Of a stretch of 64,000 bases of DNA, positions 56,840-64,000 are shown in pieces. Source of the DNA: Octopus vulgaris. Taxonomy: Eukaryota. A program made the translations under genes and the position numbers. Location: positions 76,942,001-77,006,000 of the forward strand of contig OX597816.1 of NCBI GenBank assembly GCA_951406725.2, read 5' to 3'. The notes under the pieces were generated by a model. That model made no database searches and was not told where the DNA came from. It saw nothing but the letters and a program-made list of their open reading frames with translations. The first letter of the stretch is position 1, and every line of letters starts with the position of its first letter.

Positions 56840-57572
56840 AGCCAAGTCGGAACAGATATTTTTCACGAGGCATTCCTCTTGCTACCTCGGCAATATCTGA
56901 CCTAAAATTTTCAAATCGTCGCACTCGCGCCAAATTTATCGGCAGCAAATAAATATAAGCCACCGATTCCATTACGGAACTAACCAGAAAATTCATAATT
57001 AATCAATATAGGGTGGCAAAAAAAATTTTGTAGAATTCTTTTGCCACCAGCGGCCTAGTGGGAAAAAATTAAATAGTCATAAACCATTTTTAAGTTCAAC
57101 ATCACAATCAAGGAACGGCCATAATAGGCCATTCACCCACTAGAAATAACAGCCAAAAGCTTTAACCGCAAAATAACATTAATTCCGTAAACCAGGAGAA
57201 AATTGAAAAACATTTACCCTGTAATTTCTTAGACGATGCACCGTTTCATCTACCGTTTAATGGTAAACTAACCTGATTAAATTAAAAATGGTTTATGACT
57301 TAAAATGGTTTATGACTTAAAAATGGTTTATGACTATTTAATTTTTTTCCCACTAGGCCGCTGGTGGCAAAAGAATTCTACAAAATTTTTTTTTGCCACC
57401 CTATATTGATTAATTATGAATTTTCTGGTTAGTTCCGTAATGGAATCGGTGGCTTATATTTATTTGCTGCCGATAAATTTGGCGCGAGTGCGACGATTTG
57501 AAAATTTTAGGTCAGATATTGCCGAGGTAGCAAGAGGAATGCCTCGTGAAAAATATCTGTTCCGACTTGGCT

Positions 57573-57679
57573 ATTTCTTACTGATGAGTCTAAGGGCCTA
57601 TGGTGGATTGGCTTGATTTAATTTAATCAGGTTAGTTTACCATTAAATGGTAGATGAAACGGTGCATCGTCTAAGAAAT
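57573..57679 (+). ncRNA. Type I hammerhead ribozyme, intact; predicted cleavage after C57671
   Basis: Stem I ATTTCTTA/TAAGAAAT (8 bp); CTGATGA; stem II GTCTA/TAGAT with inserted 19-bp hairpin; GAAAC; near-palindromic stem III ACGGTGCATCGT; GTC. Confidence 0.92.
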
Positions 57680-58063
57680 TACAGGGTAAATGTTTTTCAA
57701 TTTTCTCCTGGTTTACGGAATTAATGTTATTTTGCGGTTAAAGCTTTTGGCTGTTATTTCTAGTGGGTGAATGGCCTATTATGGCCGTTCCTTGATTGTG
57801 ATGTTGAACTTAAAAATGGTTTATGACTATTTAATTTTTTTCCCACTAGGCCGCTGGTGGCAAAAGAATTCTACAAAATTTTTTTGCCACCCTATATTGA
57901 TTAATTATGAATTTTCTGGTTAGTTCCGTAATGGAATCGGTGGCTTATATTTATTTGCTGCCGATAAATTTGGCGCGAGTGCGACGATTTGAAAATTTTA
58001 GGTCAGATATTGCCGAGGTAGCAAGAGGAATGCCTCGTGAAAAATATCTGTTCCGACTTGGCT

Positions 58064-58170
58064 ATTTCTTACTGATGAGTCTAAGGGCCTATGGTGGATT
58101 GGCTTGATTTAATCTAATCAGGTTAGTTTACCATTAAACGGTAGATGAAACGGTGCATCGTCTAAGAAAT
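58064..58170 (+). ncRNA. Type I hammerhead ribozyme, intact; predicted cleavage after C58162
   Basis: Same motif 491 bp downstream. Confidence 0.92.
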
Positions 58171-59318
58171 TACAGGGTAAATGTTTTTCAATTTTCTCCT
58201 GGTTTACGGAATTAATGTTATTTTGCGGTTAAAGCTTTTGGCTGTTATTTCTAGTGGGTGAATGGCCTATTATGGCCGTTCCTTGATTGTGATGTTGAAC
58301 TTAAAAATGGTTTATGACTATTTAATTTTTTCCCACTAGGCCGCTGGTGGCAAAAGAATTCTACAAAATTTTTTTTTGCCACCCTATATTGATTAATTAT
58401 ATATATATATATATATTGCATATACATATATTGCATATAATATTTAGTTTCATCAGTGTATTATTATAATTACGTTTCTTACAATTTCTATGGCACATTG
58501 TATTGATTCCATATATATTTAACTCCTTAACAGCTAACAGTCTTATTTTACTTACGTCTTTCCCTCGCCTCTCTACCATAACCACACAACCTCCGTTCTG
58601 TGTTCTTTTATTTACTGACATCCACTTAGCTTATCTTTCTCACTGCTGCCTCTATTCATTTCATTTTGAATTAGTATTCTTTTTTCCTATTTCTCCCCTC
58701 ATCTCTATTTCTACTCCACATTTATACGCTCTAAGTACAAACTGTAGACACAAGGTTTTGAATGTTCTCTTTAGTTAGTGAAATCATTTTTTTTTTACTC
58801 TTCGTCTCTAATCATACCTTAACTCCATTTATTAATGTACTTTCACTCAATCACCCTTCACACGCCTTTATCGATCTTTCTTTATATTTAAAAATATTTT
58901 ATGCATAGTGTCATTGAATAGAACCATTTAAGGAACCTTGCATTGTAGAATATATATCAGCAGCTACTCAAATTATTCCTTTCATTCATGATCGTTCTTT
59001 CTACTTATATTTTTAAGATACATATAATTATGTATACTATATACTAATATATACTAAATACTATGATATATACGTGAATATATATTTATACATATGCCTA
59101 AGTTCCTTTCAAAGAATTGGAAAATTCCTTCAATAACCTGCCAATATTTTTTCCAGTCTAATAATGTCAGGTATAAGCGAAATAATTCAGTTGCCCTTTT
59201 ACATATTTCTGAAGACTTTTTTGTTTTTCGTTTAACCTTCCATGCTTTCTATAAGCTTCCTACTCGGTTTCTCGCGTTTCTTCTATCATTCAAATTTAGT
59301 TCGTTATGCTACGTGGTT

Positions 59319-59404
59319 TGTGCCTGATGACTGCGTTGAGATGTTACACATGTTGTAATTCACTATTTGTCATGTTCTCAGCATAAGAAAGTATTAGTAG
59401 CACA
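59319..59404 (+). ncRNA. Type I hammerhead motif with extended stem II
   Basis: TGTGC-CTGATGA-ctgcGTTGAGA...TCTCAGCataa-GAAAG-tatta-GTA-GCACA; stem III disrupted. Confidence 0.6.
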
Positions 59405-59516
59405 TAAAACTATGTATTGTGTGTATTAAATAATATTTAACTCTCACCAGACGGAGTACATTTTTGTTGATCTTGCCATTACGGAACAGTACATTATATA
59501 TATATATATATATACG

Positions 59517-59690
59517 GAGGACCCCTTCTGTCACGAATAACCATGGGATTGCACCTGGAAAGTTACCCTCCGATGCACAAGTCCGGGCAAGGTCGTTTAT
59601 GGAAGACTAACAGTTGCCCATGCATACCAGCCCCCTCTCCACGCCACCGATGTCATTCAAGGGAAAGGCAAAAGGCCGATACTGCTTGCT
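59517..59690 (-). mobile_element. RTE-type LINE/SINE 5' UTR-like fragment
   Basis: GCCTTTCCCTTG..GGTGGCGTGGAGAGG..GCATGGGCAACTG..CTTCCATAAACGACCTTGCCCGG resembles RTE 5' regions; recalled, not searched. Confidence 0.4.
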
Positions 59691-59704
59691 GACTCCAATT
59701 TTAC

Positions 59705-59739
<35 letters not shown>

Positions 59740-59744
<5 letters not shown>

Positions 59745-60468
59745 TTAGCTGCTATTTCTACTAAGTTCAGTATGTGGCAAAGTAATTTATTTTACTAAGC
59801 CCTAATTATATAATGTAATATTTTGAATTCGCCTTAAATGGTCCTTTTACATACTGAACACTTGGTGAAATTGATTAATTAATTTTACCCTCAATTGTTG
59901 ATATTATAATTCATTTCTCTCGGTCATACTGCCTCGGTTCTCGCGGTTAAAATATAATGTTTGCTAGATAGACCACGTGGGTGGAATGGGGAGTGCAGAA
60001 TTTTACGCCTGCGCATTTTGAATTTGTTGACACTGTTAGTTGGAGTGGTTCATCTGAAGCGACAAGTTCGCTGATAGGTAAAGTTCCTTCTTTTTAGTGT
60101 TTCCAAATCCAAATTAAGAAATTTTGAGCTTACGAAAGAAATACTGATTTTATTTGGCTAATCTTGAAACGTTGACGTACTCAAACGATCTATGTACTTG
60201 TGATATTTTTCTGTATTTACCCCCAAACCTTCGTGAGCTGTCTGGAGTAAACATTATCTGAGAGAAATTTTCTTTAAGTAGTAGAAATGCTAAGAAAATT
60301 TTTTGGGGCTGCTATTTCTACTAAGTTCAGTATGTGGCAAAGTAATTTATTTTACTAAGCCCTAATTATATAATGTAATATTTTGAATTCGCCTTAAATG
60401 GTCCTTTTACATACTGAACACTTGGTGAAATTGATTAATTAATTTTACCCTCAATTGTTGATGTTATA
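59740..60468 (+). mobile_element. Retrozyme-like element: 560-bp unit plus ~160-bp terminal direct repeat in (TA)n
   Basis: GCTGCTATTTCTACTAAG...TTTTACCCTCAATTGTTGAT at 59748-59902 and 60308-60462, essentially identical. Confidence 0.8.
60123..60185 (+). ncRNA. Type I hammerhead with core G5U substitution
   Basis: TTTGAG-CTTACGA-AAGA...TCTT-GAAAC-GTTGAC-GTA-CTCAAA; stems I, II and III all pair. Confidence 0.7.
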
Positions 60469-60548
60469 TATATATATATATATATATGATACAGAGATTT
60501 ACTTGTATAGTAAGTGACTTGACCTGAGATCGTGTGCTGAAACAAAAA

Positions 60549-60906
60549 CAATTACAGCGTGGAAGGTGCTTATAGGCCATTTAAAAACACATAAGAACCG
60601 TTAGATTCACTTCAACATTTAAATTTAATTTGCCAAAATAGTTTCGTCGCTTTGAAACCGTGACTTGTTCACTTGTTCACTGGCAAAATTCTGCAGAACT
60701 ACGTTGCGTGGAAACAATTGTAGTGATTAAAAAATAAATGTCTAACCATACTCCTTCTTGTTGATGCAACACGGAATTTTGTCAGTGAACATGTCGCGGT
60801 TTCAAAGCAACGAAAATATTTTGGCAAATTAAATTTTGACGTTGAAGTGAATGTAACGATGTTTGTGTGTTTTTAAATGGCTTATAAACACTTCCACACT
60901 GCAATT
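60549..60906. mobile_element. Fold-back element carrying a G3-C8 HHR variant in each arm
   Basis: Arms 60549-60693 and 60772-60906; right arm TTTGTCA-GTGAACA-tGTCGCggtttcaaaGCAAC-GAAA-ATAT-TT-TGGCAAA; (TA)n nearby on both sides. Confidence 0.65.
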
Positions 60907-60919
60907 GTATTTATGTGTG

Positions 60920-60988
<69 letters not shown>

Positions 60989-61046
60989 TTATTTATTTAT
61001 TCATATATATATATATATATATTTATATATATTTATATATATATGT

Positions 61047-61081
<35 letters not shown>

Positions 61082-61199
61082 ATGTGGGTGTGTATTTGCA
61101 TGTGTAAAAATGAAATTGAAGAGGATTTTCGATATATGTGTGAAATCTAATCCTTCACTTGTATCCTTGATATCAAATAATGCATATAAATAGAGTAGT

Positions 61200-62330
61200 G
61201 GTTCCTTTATGGATGTTGCCAGTAAATTTCGTATGAGAAGACATAACTTATTACTGCTAGATTTTTCTGTACAGCTGTCATAAAGATTTTATTTATACGC
61301 TTCTTATCCTTATGGCACAGTAAAGTCTGCAAGATTGATTTCAGGTTTCGCTTGCGCAAATCCTTGTATTGCACTTGCAAGTGACCTTTACTTCTACATC
61401 GAAATGCCAATTCGCTATATTTCAAGTCATTACGATTATCGCCAATGTCCTTAAGATTGCCATATTGACGTTTTAATGCCATCAAAATCTTTATTGGCAC
61501 GGGAAAGCGAACGTCAAAAAGATGCCTGTCATATTAAATACGTCCATATTATAGTTTCACACCAGCCATTTGAGGGTGAAGATTCTACACAAACAGCACA
61601 TGTAAAAGGTGTGAAGTTTATGTTCTTGTTAAGAGTATGCTGTCATGGTTTCCTTGCTTTACAAATGTCTGCTTAGAACTTGACATTGGCATATCTTCTG
61701 AATTGTTTCTGCGGATATTTCCAAAGTTAGTCTTGATAGAGTAGTAACAACTTTACTCATGGGCTTCTAGAATTCTCCACCTAGGAACAGGCTGTCAGTA
61801 ACAGCTGGTCCAGCATACTGAAAGTCATGTTTTATCATAATCAAAGGGAGCTGGAGGTCCTTGTCATATGGTTTTGGTTCTCTTGAGTTTGTTTGTGTGA
61901 CTTAATATGTAGCTAGCTCTCCAAGAATCTGTCCACTAAGTCTTGCAAGCATTCTGTAGGAAATCTAGCTGCAGCATCAGTAAACAGCATGTAACCTTTT
62001 TTATCGTAGATTTCATTTTAGATTTCATTTTTTAGGTAGAAATAATGACTCGAATATGTGTTTTAAAACGGAGCAAAGGAGATGCCAAAAAGCTCCTAGG
62101 TGAGTATACATTCTTGTCAAGCGTTCGCTCCTTACTCCGATCACTTTGAATATAGAACAGAGTTCATTTTATTTTAGGTTCATAAAGGTTAAATACAGCT
62201 GCTGATTCTATTCCTAGCTCTTAAAAAAACTAGTACAGTGAAAATAGCACACCATTAGTAGGCCTTTTGACGCAGAGGACACATTAGAACACAGACCCAG
62301 GATATATTTGATAGTTTCTCAAAATTTTGC
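61200..62330 (-). pseudogene. Decayed RTE-clade LINE reverse transcriptase
   Basis: MLFTDAA (LFADD) ~61980; an FHMxCLxRIL-like segment ~61600; DLKYSELAFRCRSKGHLQVQYKDLRKRNLK (cf. LLYGELxxGxRxxGRPxLRYKD). Confidence 0.65.
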
Positions 62331-62399
62331 AAACCTATTCGGAAAGATATTTTATCGACGATATACTTTGCAATTACATCCGGTGTCTTTATTCCCAGC

Positions 62400-63120
62400 A
62401 CGACAATTTGGTATTATAGCTAGTCAAAACCACATCTTTTTCTCAATAATGACTGAGGTTTATGTAGGGTGTTCAAGTACTCACTCTACACTCACCTGCC
62501 CTACCTTTAATTGTGTGCTCTTCTCAACTTCCACCCAACATATTTTCAATGGTTCATTTTACACACTTTCAGCGTAATTCGCTTAGACCTCACTTCCCTA
62601 CACACATTCCTTCTAATGACTCCCTAATTTGCATAACTTTTTAGTCCGTAACAATTCTACCCTTCTTAACAATGCAACCTCGATCTTTTCATCCCTCCTG
62701 AACCCGGTGTAATACACGCCTCTACAACTACATCAATACTACACTTTTTGGAGTCAATCAACGTTGCTTCTTTATCATAACCATTTTTCCTGCACCACTA
62801 GAAATACCATTTACTGTCAGTTCTGTGATATCTTTGATATTAAGTAAGTCGTGGGTTAGCGGATCGTAACGCCGAAAAATGTACGTGACATCCGATTATG
62901 CAACACCACATCACATATCGGTCACCTTTTCAACAGACCAGTACACGCTTTTCCCTCCCGTCAGCCTGGATCTTCTGCTTCTATGCATCGCAATGAAGAG
63001 CACCCCATCTTCCGACTCGTCTGTTTCTTCCTATCAGGGATGAATAACGTGGTTAAGTTCACACCACTTGCAATACATTCCACCCTCCCACATCGCAACA
63101 AGCCATACAGCGTCAATCTT
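62400..63120 (-). pseudogene. Possible second RTE LINE 3' relic
   Basis: Weak GxRxxGGxxKR-like segment near 62700; heavily decayed. Confidence 0.35.
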
Positions 63121-63505
63121 ATACTCATACCTAACACATCACATGCAGTCTTCTATACATATACACATACACTGGCATATGGGTATAACATCTAGTATGA
63201 AAGTATTCCGCATTAAATACACTTTGTTATATACACGCACTACGCATGCACATACATGCACACTGGCATCGTAAGCTTCAGATGTCTCTTTTCCTTCCTC
63301 GTTCGATCTTTCTCTCCCATGTTCTCTTTCTTCTCGTCTTCCCCTTCTTTTGCACTTTTCTCTCTCTCTCTCTCTCTTTCTGTCTCCCACTTACCCGTAC
63401 TATGGCTCAAATTGTGTCTCTCTCTCTGGTCCTCCTATCATTTTCCCGACGTCCATTTTACACTATATCTGCCATGTAAACACAGATCCATAATTTAGCA
63501 ACGTA

Positions 63506-63589
<84 letters not shown>

Positions 63590-64000
63590 CTATTTCTCTC
63601 TTGCTTCACTTATTACTTTACCTTCTGTTTGAATAGGAGTATTTACCCAAAACGTTACATTTGTGTGTTTTATCCACTGGTGAATTAGTTTGCATTTCAG
63701 GCCTCTTCCATTCTCTTTTTTTTTAATGCTTTTTTCTCTTTTTTCAGTCATGTGTTTCGCTGGTTTGACCACATGCCTTGTTTGTTTGTCTCTTCTTTAC
63801 TTTATAATCTTATTCGTTTTGTTTTAGCGATTTATGATTAAGTGTACGCGTGCGTGTGGGCGCGCCTGCCTCCCTGCGTGCATGCGTGTGGATGCGCCTG
63901 CGTGCGTGCGCGCGTGTACATATAAAATGCGCGTATACAATATTTGGAGATCAATTTGATCCTCAACGAATAACTCAAGCTCGCTAATACAAGTGACCTA

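Larger units (their letters stand above)
56119..58398. mobile_element. Palindromic multimeric retrozyme-like insertion of 491-bp HHR-containing units in (TA)n
   Basis: Minus-oriented units start at 56119, 56610 and 57101 (period 491) and run to ~57285; junction of three copies of ~TTAAAAATGGTTTATGAC; plus-oriented units 57318-58398; near-identical copies; (TA)n both sides. Confidence 0.9.

Noticed and set aside
56119-58398. CRISPR array or simple satellite interpretation
   Set aside because: Eukaryotic context, no unique spacers; units are whole 491-bp copies containing ribozymes

Overview
AT-rich, microsatellite-dense eukaryotic DNA, intergenic or intronic. The SINE families and (TA)n/(CA)n/(GATA)n density suggest an Octopus (cephalopod) genome; this is an inference. 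I cannot support any host protein-coding exon, and almost all listed ORFs are microsatellite translations. The window holds tRNA-derived SINEs, four mariner relics (one nearly complete, 45424-46671), a hAT transposase relic, a non-autonomous Helitron, MITEs, RTE- and R4/Dong-like LINE relics, a Gypsy LTR relic and two Penelope-like (PLE, Naiad-like) RT/GIY-YIG relics. The main discovery is a hammerhead ribozyme (HHR) / retrozyme-like system, mostly next to (TA)n. (1) A near-identical 2.3-kb palindromic array (56119-58398) of 491-bp units, each carrying an intact type I HHR with an unusually long G.U-rich stem II. (2) Two other tandem units (361 bp and 560 bp) carrying HHR cores. (3) About ten more HHR motifs, including G3-C8 and U3-A8 compensatory core variants. 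(4) Several fold-back insertions, two of which invert close to the position homologous to the ribozyme cleavage site. (5) A covarying 3' RNA structure shared across otherwise divergent families. All folds were read by eye; none was computed or tested.
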